This document shows, piece after piece, positions 44,873 to 57,000 of a DNA stretch of 64,000 nt. The notes under the pieces are model-generated. The model searched no databases and was not told where the DNA came from. It saw nothing but the letters and a program-made list of their open reading frames with translations. Source of the DNA: Magallana gigas (taxonomy: Eukaryota); the NCBI RefSeq assembly GCF_963853765.1, contig NC_088858.1:39060001-39124000 (forward strand), read 5' to 3'. The translations under genes and the position numbers were made by a program. Each line of letters starts with the position of its first letter. Position 1 is the stretch's first letter.

Positions 44873-47800
44873 CTATCGGTGTGGGCTATCTACTCTGCCA
44901 ATATCCTCCATAGGTCTTGTCTGAGGTTTATCTTTTTCATCGGTATCCTGGACATAGGCACCAGAAACATCATTCTGACCAGTGTCCATTAGACCGAGAT
45001 CTTGAAAATCCCCATCTAAGGCTTGAACCTTGAGGACCTCCCCCATTCCTTTGGTTGTTCCCTGTCGGAAGAGCAGTCTGGACCCTGGTCTCACGAACTC
45101 TGGCTGCTTCAGGAAACGGAACAAGACACGTGCCTTTTCATTTGTCTTTATGGACTCCTAAAATAAAGAAATAAAACATTTTTTACCTTCATACTTTCTC
45201 TCGATTCCAAACTACTCATAAATACATTTTTTTCCTTTCAGAATCTGCCATTTGCAGAAAAATCAGATTTGAAGAGTTGTCATAAAGAAAACACTAACAG
45301 ATATGTACATACCTTGTCTACAATGATATCCACCTTACAGATCTGGCAGACATTTCCCACATGCACTGTGGTTTCAAATCCTTTGCTGATTCGATGGCTG
45401 TGATAAAGCAGATAGATGTCAGCCTCGAAGATTCTGCAAACAAAGTTTGGGAAGGTAGACTTTGGGCTTACCAACACCATCCCCTGTAAAAGAAATTTAT
45501 GCATATATATAATATATAGCTTTAGTTTTCACTGTTGCATAAAAGTTTTCACCTTTACATAAATTTAATCTTTAAGCTCAGATTTTTCATTTAATGCAGA
45601 TAAGACAGAAAAGATGTCAGCATTTATTGCAAATGTATTATTGATTGTACAATATACAGAAAAGATGTCAGCATTTATTGCAAATGTATTATTGATTGTA
45701 CAATATAATGCCAATACAATATAATAAACACATACATGCAAAGTTTTTATTCTTAAAATAATGTATAACTACATAAAAGCAATTGAAAACAGAAAATCCA
45801 TACAGAGTAAATTAAGATTATACAATATACACTTGGACTAGTATATATGAGCCTTATCTTTTTAAGTACATACCCTCCTGAGAATGTCTCGGTGGTTTTC
45901 AGTCAGAGCGACGGTAGCTGCCTGGCCCGCCTGAATGAGGCGACACGGGACTCTGTTCCTGTGGACAGTTTTGACGGTCACTTCCCGGAAGTTGCCATCC
46001 TCCAATGGACCGAGGTGTAACTTGTCCCCCTCCTTTATGGACCCCCGACTGATGTGGCCTCCTAGAACACTGTCAACACCAGGAACAGTGAACTGTGTGT
46101 CAATCTACAATGCAAATTTTGTTTATTTTAAAAAAAATGGTCAATTAGAACAAAAAATGAAAAGGAAATAAGAAGCAGTTTTAAAGAAGACCGTTGAATT
46201 GATTAGTTTCTGACCTGGAATTCAGTATGGTCTTGGGATAATTTCTCTCTCTCTGTCACATTCTTCATGGAAGGAAGAACATTTAGGAACCGGGTTAATA
46301 GATCCATATTTTTTCCAGTGACACTTGATATCGTAAATATGGGGGTTATCCTGCAATATAACAGAAGCATTTAGTATGAAGTATCCTAAAAATAACCAGT
46401 AAAGATCAATAAGGGGAATTCATGAGTAAGGTTTACCTCTCAGAGTTGAAGTTAGCAGCTGCTGTCATTGCGTCATCCTCAGATTTGATTCGTAATGGCA
46501 CTCGGTTACAGCCGGGGGACTTCAGTATTTTCTCCAGCTGCGAGACGGTTCTTTCAATCATGAACCTCCTACACATATCAATCTTGGTGATGACTACAAA
46601 TACAGGGACGCCCAGCGCCAGGGCAAAACCAAGGTGCTCTCTTGTGGTGCCAGCTAAAAGTATAACCAAAATACTGTAAAATATCTGGAATATCCTGGTA
46701 TTCTATGTGGGTATGATATGCATCACTGGAAAAAATTGTGATGCATTCATTCTAATGTTCATGTCGAAATAGCTGGAGTTGGGCTGATTTTTTTTTTTTT
46801 TATTGGTCGTTTGGGATTTAACTACAATTTTTATTGACCAACTGAAAATATTTACATTCATACTGGACTGATACTATTATAAAGACCTTTGAGCCATCAT
46901 TTACAATACATGTATTTTAAGCCTGATATTATGCTTGATGTAGCAGGAAAAGTTTGTGTAATAGCAATCTCTTACCCATCCCTGTATTGGCAGACACCAC
47001 AAGCATGGCAAAGTCTGGACAGTACCCTGTCAACCCAAATATGGTGGTTTTCAAGTATTTATGGTGGCCTGCTAAATCTATCAGAGTTATAAGTTTGGTG
47101 GAATGTTCACATATCTCCTCCACTGTTTTAGAGTCACTGTAGTTGACTATCTGGAAAGTAACATATAATTTGAAAGTAAAGATTTTAGATAAATTAATAA
47201 GAGTATTTTTCAAATTGTAGATTTCCTATGAAGAATATTGATATGTACCGGTAGTTCACTTTTGTTCTTTTAAAAAACTAAACTGTTTTTAAATTGGTGA
47301 TAGTCACCCATATACTAAATGTCATGTGTTAAACACTGTTGAGAAGAATAACAACATTATAAAATTTTATCTAATATCTTCCCAGTCTTTAAATATAAAC
47401 GTTTCATTCTGACAGGAATAAGCAACATTTCTTTTTATTCTTGACTGTTAAATCCTTAAAGGAGTATAGCGCACTTATAATGGAATATCGCATACAATAT
47501 AGCACATTTTAAAAAATGAATTTTTATTGATTTTTTTCAAATGTTTCCATTATTTTACAGTTCGTACAAATCGTAAAGAAACTTGGTAAAAAATGTTAGA
47601 GTAGTGTCGATAAAAATCCGATAAAATAATCAGTTTTTGTATTGACCATAAGGGAATATGTGATGTGGGCATTGGCAAATAACAAAAACAAACATTAAAC
47701 CAATGTTAGGAAATGGAAAACACTCGCAATACCAACAAAAATTGGATATATTGACACCATCTGTTCAAGACGCAGCGGCAATTCCTGAGGTAGAGATTGA

Positions 47801-50800
47801 TCTCAAACTTCTCGACTAACTTACGTATGTGATAGTAAATGAATAATTATTACCACTTTAAAATTGTTTGCATGTGTTGTTATTGCATTTATTAAAAGGA
47901 TGTGTATCAGATTATTATTTAAGAGTGGAAAATGCAGATTCATATGACCACACTTTGAATTTAATCGCAATATGTTAAATACCACTGTTTAATTAAGTAT
48001 TACAAAAGCTTGACCTTAAATTTCAACGCGTCAGATAAATCTATTTATAGAAGCAGGTACTTTCCATTTAAAAATGAGAAAGGGCGAAGAAATGGGAAAG
48101 TACGCTATACCTCTTTCATGATTTATGCATGTACAGGGTTTCTTACCTCCCCTTGACTATCAAATCCTAGGATTTCATGACTTATACATGAAGTTCTTCC
48201 AGTCTGGATCTCATGTAGATGACGGAACAAATTCAGTCTGGCACGCCCCCTCCCATTATCCAGTCCCCCCTGGGTGAGGACTCCAAGCAATGTAGATTTA
48301 CCAGCATCCACATTTCCTAGTACGGCCAGTTTGAGATCTATAAACTGCAAAAATTGGAACAGTCAGTTGTCAAATTTCATTCTTATAAGTAACACTAATA
48401 ACCATTCACCTGCTTTTTTTCAAATTTAATATCTGTAACATTACCTGCTGAATGATTTTTTTTAATGATTAAAACTGTATTTCATTCATAACATATTGGA
48501 ATAAGAAAAGAAAGGTTGTGTATGTAATGGCCTACCTCCTGATTTTCAGGGACCTTTCTAATAAGGATTTCTAATGCTTTTCTTTGGCACTCTGCTCCCT
48601 CGGCTTCCACTAAACGCTCTCTAAGTATAGTTGTTGTAGCTCCAAGTCTACAAACAAGTGAGTAAAATTAATTAAATTGTTTAGTCAAGAATAACATTAA
48701 AATTGTTTTCAATAAAGAGAAATAAATGAATCATTTTGCATTTAATTAGTTAAAGCAGAAAAGGTATAATTTTTTTCTGGATTACCAAGAGAAAAAGTGA
48801 TTCCATTTTCATAAAAATAAACATGCATCATTTTCTATAAACTAACAAATGTGTTCAACTATTATAACCACAGATAACAATGAAAGACAACTGAGCCACA
48901 ACTGATAGCCAATCAGAATTGCTTCTCCCCTGACCTGCTGGCCATTGTGTTGAGTGTGTTGAGGGAGGCGGTTAGTTCCTGGTCCGTCAACCCCACCAAC
49001 AGGCCGTTGTCCTCCACCCCGATCTCGTAGATGGCCTCCCCTTCTCCCTCCTCCAGCCGCCATTTCATTTGAGTGACAAGGTGCTCCACTCGAGATTCCG
49101 ATGGGTTTACTAGCTTCAGCTAATAGAAAATAAGTAACACTCTCAAATACACGTACTTTGCACCTACAAAATGTATATTGGTACATTGTATTAATTAAAT
49201 ATGAAATATTCATTTATCTGAGCGTTTTTTTGTCATGTTGGTCACATATTTTTTATTATTCAGTCATATCAATAATCCGAGCTATTTTGTTTATGATTTA
49301 GCATATATGTGGTTTTCATTTACTGGTAGTTTAATGTTCAATTATTAAAGCATCTGAACAAACAAGAAAATCAATGGTTAGAAATATTTTTTGACTGACT
49401 ATGTCAATATACAGGTAAAGAGTAGATATGTCAAGGTAAACATAAATACAGACTGATTAAATGCTCATCCTGAAAAACAGTCTAATAAGTTAACAGATGC
49501 AGAATGTGGGTGGCATAGTATTGAATAGAGTTACTGCAAATACAAAGTACAGTATTTAGTGTATACATACCTTATACTCAATGTTTCCTTCTTCTATCTG
49601 AAAAAAGGAAATAAAAGATGAGTTTAACATTTTTGATAGAAATTCCTTTATGTATCATAAACAAAACAAACAAAGACATATATAAGTAGAGTTGTCAAGG
49701 AAGGACCAATGGATCAATACTTTCTCTCAAAAGCGGCCTCTACTGAAGAAATTCAATGTTGATAACTTGGAAATGATGTATAACCTTGACCTTTGTCAAA
49801 AACATTATTAATAATTGTTTCCTGATTAAGACAGATTGCATGGATACTAGCTATTATTCAGTATTCACTGTAGACTTACTCAGGGGAATAATGTTTAATA
49901 AACATCTTTTTTGGGGTATGTTATTCTGTCTCCAATTATACATACCATGTGACCATAACAGTCAAAGATAAATGAAGATTGATAAGGTTCAAGGTCATGC
50001 AACAATTATCATAATCTGTTCAATGTACGGTAGATATGGTCATTATGTCTGACTATATACTATCATCGAAATGATATATATGCTGCACAGTGCACAAAGT
50101 CCTAATTTGAATATATCCTCAACATTAATTTTTAATCCTGGAAATGAAACATCCCTACACAGTTCAGAGAAAAAAAACTTTTAAATATACCAGTACATGT
50201 ATGTGTAGAAACTTCACTTGTTTATTCAAACAATAAAATGCTTTCTTTGGTGGTTCATTTGGGATATGAAGGTAGCGACATTGCAGGAAAAATACATAAA
50301 TTTTTCCTGCAATGATCGCTACCTTCATAACCCGCATGAATCATCAAAGAAAGCATTTTATTGTTTATATTAACATCTTTCTTTAACTAATTAATAAACT
50401 GATTATGAAAAGTTAGTAAAATTCACTAAATTACTGTTAATGTACAAAAGTATGTTAGCTAAAAGAAACAGCTAAAACGTCATGATTATTCATTATTTCG
50501 TGCAGTCTGGGATTTTACTAAGGTCGCTGTAGGTTCAGACCAATCGTTAAACAGGGCGTGTCAATTTCAGTCCTGTCACTTTCAGCCGCTGTAGATTTCG
50601 ACCAATTGATAAATAGGGCATGTAGATTTCAGTCTGGGCTGTTTCTATAGAGCTATGAATTAACTATAAGTTTCCGTAAGAAATAGAGGAAATTATGCTT
50701 GTTAGATGTAAATATAATAATTTTAATGAAAATTATCCAATGTCTGAATGTTATTTATTTGATAAATTTACTTATGAAGGACCAAATATTATTAATCCGA

Positions 50801-51916
50801 ATCATTTATAACAGTAAACAATTGTATGACACTGGTCATCGTTATGCACATCTTTGATGTCCTGTTAGGATGGCTGTTTAAATGATCAATGGTCCTGTTT
50901 ACAAAGCTAAGCCCCCAGAGTTTTTAAATGTTACCCATTTCTCTATGTACTGGGTGTTAACATTCTTTCCATTTCTCTATGATACAGTGATGAAATCTAG
51001 AGAAATTAAACTTATGACCTCCAGATTGTTTGAATTTTACAAATCATATCATAGCAATAAAAATAAAAGTTATCATTAAATTAAATATTTACTGATAAAA
51101 GAATTACTGTTTCAAATTCATGAAGATATCTTGGATATTTTTCCTTTCATCGATTTCAACTGCACGTCTTTTACAGGTTAGAGTATTTTTATTAAAAGTC
51201 AAAATTATTAGTCAAAATTGTATTCATAAATATCTTGGGACAGACTAAACTGAAGAAATAATCTTGTAATAATAATCTTGACAAGGGTCAGTCTAAAACT
51301 TCAAGCTCAGCCAAATTTCTACCGAGATAAAGTAATATATATATTAGGTCAAACTGAATTATCTAATGGAGCTTCAGATTTGCTGTTAGAAAAAATATGA
51401 AGCATATAAAAGTGATGAAAAATATTGAAATCATTCCATGAATTGCAGTGTTTTAAAATAAAGTGGTATGCATGAAGATAAATAAATAAAATGTATAATG
51501 ATAAAAGATAAAATTATTGGACAATAATATTGGGCTGGACCATAATAATCACTAATCCTGCTCATAGTTACACGATCTAAAAGTGTTTTATATCCGTAAT
51601 CTACGATAGCAGATAACAGCTGTGTGTATAACTATAGGCATAAGCGCAATAGATTTATTTTGAGGACAAGGTCAAATCCACAAATTCAAATAATTTTTTT
51701 TAGAAATACAAACCTATCATATATAATTTTTTTCAATATACATTCTTAAAACATTCTGTTATAAATCGTTAATCAGTCCATGCATATTGCTGAGAATTAA
51801 CGCTGCGATCCATAAAACAAAAACAATAATATTTTGACGTCGGTTACCTCTGGTGGAAGGGCCGCGGGCAATCCAATCGCCACGTCTCCGTGGTCGGTAG
51901 CATTTAATTCATCCAT
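44873..51916 (-). CDS. GTPBP2: GTP-binding protein 2 (translational GTPase, ribosome rescue)
   Basis: Exon 1 ends ALPPE; 27-nt exon 49597-49571 gives IEEGNIEYK; then [80 protein letters not shown]. Confidence 0.95.
45605..45706. repeat. 51-bp exact tandem duplication in a GTPBP2 intron
   Basis: ACAGAAAAGATGTCAGCATTTATTGCAAATGTATTATTGATTGTACAATAT x2. Confidence 0.9.
50229..50365. repeat. Long inverted repeat (~65-bp arms, 6-nt loop), probably part of a non-autonomous transposon
   Basis: AACAATAAAATGCTTTCTTTG...GAAGGTAGCGACATTGCAGGAAAAAT / ATTTTTCCTGCAATGATCGCTACCTTC...CAAAGAAAGCATTTTATTGTT. Confidence 0.85.
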
Positions 51917-52035
51917 TTTCTATCGTTCTTTATCGTATATGATGCCGTAGCTTTGGTGTTAAGAACATTTCAAACTTCCTAAATGCACAGTGTGGTCTAA
52001 ATTTAGATAACATTGTATCAGCTGTTGCTACTTTT

Positions 52036-52069
52036 GGCGGCCATATTGCATCATCTAACTACAAATCCC
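52036..52069. promoter_or_regulatory. GTPBP2 proximal promoter motifs: YY1-like and ZNF143/Staf-like
   Basis: GGCGGCCATATT at 52036-52047 and ACTACAAATCCC at 52058-52069, 120-150 bp upstream of the ATG. Confidence 0.55.
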
Positions 52070-52320
52070 CGGATGATAATAATAATCAACAGAGAATATA
52101 AAATTGAAAACCAATATCGTTTTCCCCGGATTTTTATTGCAGAGAGCTGATGAAATGTTTGCAATATTTGTGAAATGGGGTCGATTGAGAGCTTATTAAA
52201 TATCTATGGATATGGAAAATTACATTATCAAGTGTTTTTTTAAACTATAGTATAAGAATAGAATTCAATAAATGTAGCAGTACATGTATTTATTTTCTGT
52301 AAATTGTGTTTTGTTTAAGG

Positions 52321-52456
52321 AATGAATTCTATATATATTTGTTTTATACGATATGGGACAGTTTACGCTTTATAAACCTCGAAGCGGTTTATAAAAAAGC
52401 GTAAACTGTTTCAAACCATTTTATATCGTATAAAACAAATAAATATTGAATTCATT
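52321..52456. repeat. Long imperfect inverted repeat, probably part of a non-autonomous transposon extending to ~52680
   Basis: AATGAATTC...TTTGTTTTATACGATAT...ACAGTTTACGCTTTATAAACC [TCGAAGC] GGTTTATAAAAAAGCGTAAACTGT...ATATCGTATAAAACAAA...GAATTCATT. Confidence 0.8.
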
Positions 52457-53016
52457 GCTAAAAATTTAATTTTTTTACTCATCATTGTAGATAAAAACGG
52501 TCATTTGACCTTTAAAATGACGTAAAATTGTACAAAATTCAAACGTAACGTCAGGCGTATTGATATGTTTTTGACGTTAGTCTTACTATGACGTAGGCAA
52601 CATTCTTTATACGATATAAAATAATTTTTTAGCCAATCAGAAAGCGCGTTACAACCAAAATTAAATTATTTCATATTGCACATTAAAAAAATTGATTAAC
52701 AAATTAACTTTTCAATCAAATCCCAAATAACAGTTAAAATGATTCATTAACCATTCAATTTATCTTTATTTCCTCGAAAGACATTTGTCTCTCATTTTAA
52801 AAAGGAAAAAAAGTAAAAACTTGTTTTTTATCAATATTTTTATTTAGTATAATAAAAACCAAGCAAAAGAAAATGTATAATAAATGTAATCAGTCATATG
52901 TCAAACTTGATTATGCCTGCAAATCACACAATGATATATACCTAGTACTCATAAAAAAATTATATCTTTTTTATCAAAGACCAGAAGAGGCTATTCTGTT
53001 CAAAGATGAATTGTCT

Positions 53017-53088
53017 GCCCTTTGTCACTCCTCCAACTATGCCAAGTACAGAGTACTTTTAGACAGAGTCATCATTATGGACAAAGCC
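53017..53088 (-). promoter_or_regulatory. Type II SECIS element in the SELENON 3' UTR
   Basis: CTTTGTC cata ATGA TGACTCTGTCT AAA AGTAC tct GTACT TGGCATAGTTG GA ggagt GACAAAG. This gives a 7-bp helix I, an ATGA/GA core (53075-53072), 11 nt to an unpaired AAA, and an apical mini-helix. Confidence 0.85.
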
Positions 53089-53966
53089 AGCTTAATTCAT
53101 CCCAGAACAAAACAGACACCCCTGAACAATCTTTCCACATGTTCTCTCTTCATTCAATAATGATATCATGTACAATGCATATACCTGTGGTATTGATAAA
53201 CTTAAATTATACATGTATTAATTACTGGTAATTGATTTTCATGACAAAATCAAGACATTAATAAAAATGATAAATAAACAATACATCTAATTGGGATTCC
53301 CAGAATAATTTTTTTTAAATTAAAATATGAGATACAATCCTATATGAAACTTTTAAAGGCCACAAAAATAATACCCAAATTATACAAGTACCCTTAAAAA
53401 AAATAAAACTTCAAAAGAAAATATGCCTAGGAAATCACAAGTTAGAAAAGAAAGCTGCAAAACAGGTGTATAAAGAGTCTCTAATCTTAAAATTATGTTT
53501 ATGGAATAAATAACTATTTACAAAAAAAGGAAGCAGAAAACGCAACATATACACAATAAAGATATTGTCAAAACAAAGAAATATACTGTATTCATTGGCA
53601 TGTCATAAACTATGGATTTCATTTTTTGGCCATGATGTATATCATAAAGAATTATACAGATCAATGTCATGTAATAATGTGATGTCATATGAATAGAAAA
53701 CCCTGTCCATATCAGAACCGTACATAGTAATTATATATTATCCCATTTCATATTTATATTTTTATATCAAAGAAAAATAAGTTGATGCCAGATCATTGCA
53801 TAGACACCAATAATAAACAGAAAATGCATTATAATGCATTACACATGTATTGATTGTAAATATAATCAATAGAATATTGCAACAAAATAAAAATACATTT
53901 GCATTCAAAAAAAGAAAAGAATTAATGGTCCCATTAAAATACAAATAATGAGATGTAATTCATCCA

Positions 53967-54057
53967 TTATCCAGAGGATGTCTGCAGATAATCCGCGGAG
54001 CGTTTAATTCCTTCCTTCAGAAACGCATGGTAATGATAGGTATGAGGGTCTTCAAAT
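53967..54057 (-). CDS. SELENON: SELENON alternative last exon B
   Basis: Acceptor tttttgttgttgtag, same phase; encodes (G)[29 protein letters not shown], closest to the recalled vertebrate FEDPSTATYMQFLKEGL. Confidence 0.8.
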
Positions 54058-57000
54058 CTACAACAACAAAAATCGCACAAGATTGATCAGTAAATTGTTC
54101 TATCTTTTACACATTTCTAAAAAAAGCATCGGGCATGAAAGGAGCTGATTTCTGAATGGCATGCTGCAGAAATTTCATGTAATGGTACTCTTGAGGGCCA
54201 TCGAACCTGTTAAGAAAAAAAATAAAAACTCAGAATTAGATGAAAAAAAAATGTTGAATTTTTGTTATAAGGATTCTTTTTTTTTTTTATCACCAAAGCC
54301 ATATACCGGTACTGGTAACTTTTTTTTTAAATGATAGAAAACCCAAAACCATAAGCCACCCATTGACGTGTGCTAAATATTTGTGCAATCTTTGGAAAAT
54401 AAGTTCAAAAAGTTGCAAGAAAACACTCTTAATTATTTGATACATATTTGATTGAAAGACACAATATCTATTTTCATCGAGAAATAAACACAACATTAAA
54501 CAAGATTAACAGAGACAGAAGTTGGTTAAGGGAAATCCAGTAAATAGCACCCAGTAATACATTTTTTAATATAAAGAAAAGTGTGAATCCAAGTTGGTTG
54601 ATCAAAAGAAAAGGCACAAAAAATTTAATCTTTCAAACTTAATTACAGCTTTGGGAGTGATAGAGTTTTGTGTCAGAACAGACAAGTTATATCAATTAAA
54701 ATGAAACTAATTTTAAAATCTGTAACCTGGTATATTTCTTTGGTTAGATAAAACTAAATAAGTTGCTTTGATTAAATAGAAACATGTTTGGTGTTCAAAC
54801 AGATAATTTCACAAACCACAACAGTGATGGTGGAAGTAAACAGAAAAGAATTGTGAGAGTAAAATGTAGGGAAATCCGAGCTACACGTAGTCACACAAGA
54901 AGTTAGATCACCACTACAAGGTCTATACATACCCATCCGCCTTAAATTTCTCCAGATCTTGTTTTAACCTGGGGCACATCATGTCCCCTTGTGGGCCTGC
55001 TAATCTACTAGAGGCAGTTATTCTCTTGGGCTTAGGATTGACTTTTTCCATGAACTCCCTGTAAAAATTGCATTCTTTTTTATGCTCCATTATCTAGACT
55101 CCCCCAAATAATTAATCATTGGTACTTCTGGGTACCACTTTGTATGCAATTTATCATTCACCATCCTCATCTTATATTCTCCATATAAGTATCTCGATCA
55201 ATAAAAATATAGTATTTGAATGTATTCCCTCAAATTAACATTTTAATTTTCACATAAACAGACTTAAAAATTTTCTTTCTTTTTTTTTGCCTTATCGTTT
55301 TAATTACGTGATCTTTTCCATTTCCCCACCCCTACCCTAAACATTAAAAGGACAGCTGAAATTAAGTTCATTCCACATTTATAATGACAAAGTTTAAGGG
55401 TTCATGCATTGCATTTGGAACAGCTGAAATCCCATTACTTATAAAGTAAACAAAGGAGAGATAAACCCATGCATATTCCAAGAAAGTGAACAAAGTCCCA
55501 AAATACATGCAGTCTAACTCAATGGTTAGGGAGGCAAACACACAAATAAACCATATTTTCATAAACACAGATAGAATTTCTTAAAATTTTCATGGTTACA
55601 GGTTTATAATTGTAAAGTTTCGTCGACCACACCAAAGTGACTGCAGAATTTCCTGTTGTTTGGGAAAAAAAGTTAGTTATTTTGTTTGAAATGAACAAAT
55701 ACTGCACAGAACTCACACTTCATTTTGTTTCCCATAACAAAAATAAGTTTTATCCTTTTTTTCTTTCTTTTTTTAAATATTTGAAAAAAATTCTTCAAAT
55801 TACATACCAATTTTTTTTATCTTTCTTGAATTTGTTTTAGCTCTTTTTTGATCTACTGATCATATATTAAGTAAATAGATATTTTTAAAATTCGAAAAAT
55901 AAAGGCTGATAATGATCAGCAACGGTGAAGAATCTGTACAGTATTTCACACAACTTTTAAAAACAAGGTATGAGTTAGTATGTCTTATCTAAATTGCTAT
56001 ATATCAGCTCCTTTCAACAACATAGTATGAATATTATTTAAAACAAACAATTTTAGTAAAAGTATAATATGAAAATTTCTGCCTTTCAGCTTGGAAAAAA
56101 GAAAGTAAAAGTTTATACATTTTCTCTACTCAAGCTGAATGGTGATGGCAGTAAGGTAGAAAATGTATTGAAGCACATGTATCATAGTTATACATTTGAC
56201 CTTCATGGACTTGCTTTTCAAATGCATGAAAACTATAATAAATGTATTACTGCAAACTACAATTCTGATGATAGAGAGATAGATTGATTCGAGTCACTTG
56301 TGGGTTAATGACAATTTGGTGAATGATGATTGAAACTTGCATAGATAAAATTTATTAAAATGGAAATGAAAAAGATTGCCAAGCTGGAATGATAACCAAA
56401 ATATCTTGAATTCAAATGAAAATATTTTTTTTTTAAAACAAAACCTGGTATTTTTACAACTCTTCATTTTTACTATATTTTAAATTTATTTCACCCGTTT
56501 ATAATGACTGCCTACTTGCTGTGGCTTAACTTCCCCCTTGCTTTGGTTTACCAGAAGGTGCCTGTCGATAACCATAGCTAACAAAAAAAGAATTTCCCTT
56601 ACTGTGGTTTACCAAAAGGTCCCCGCCATAAACCCTAGTTAATTATTCTAATGACTCCCCCCTTGCGATGACTTACCCAAAGGTACCCACTGTAAACCTG
56701 AACTAATACTTTAATGACCTTCCCCCTGCAGTGGCTTACCCAAAGGTCCCCGCCAGGGAGCTGAAGAGGGAGGGCTCATCGTCGCCATCTGCTCCTTCAT
56801 CCATGAACTCGTTGGCGTTGACCTTGTGGAGGATGGTGCCATTAGGTAGAGCCACCATCATCATCACCGGGAACTTATAGTTCTCCAGGAAGTGGCTAGC
56901 CACCTTGCTGTACTCGGGCTGATGAGAATCTTTTTCAAGTTCCTGAAAAGATGGTTTATATTTTTAGGAACAACAAAATAGTCACGCCACATTGGCAAGT

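Noticed and set aside
47456-48020. Possible Kolobok-type transposon starting TTAAAGG in a GTPBP2 intron
   Set aside because: I could not find a matching right-hand TIR.
56677-56697. 21-nt in-frame microexon inside the SELENON donor repeat (ttcag|GTTTACAGTGGGTACCTTTGG|gtaagt)
   Set aside because: It would require a 42-nt upstream intron, much shorter than the other introns mapped here (typically 75 nt or more).
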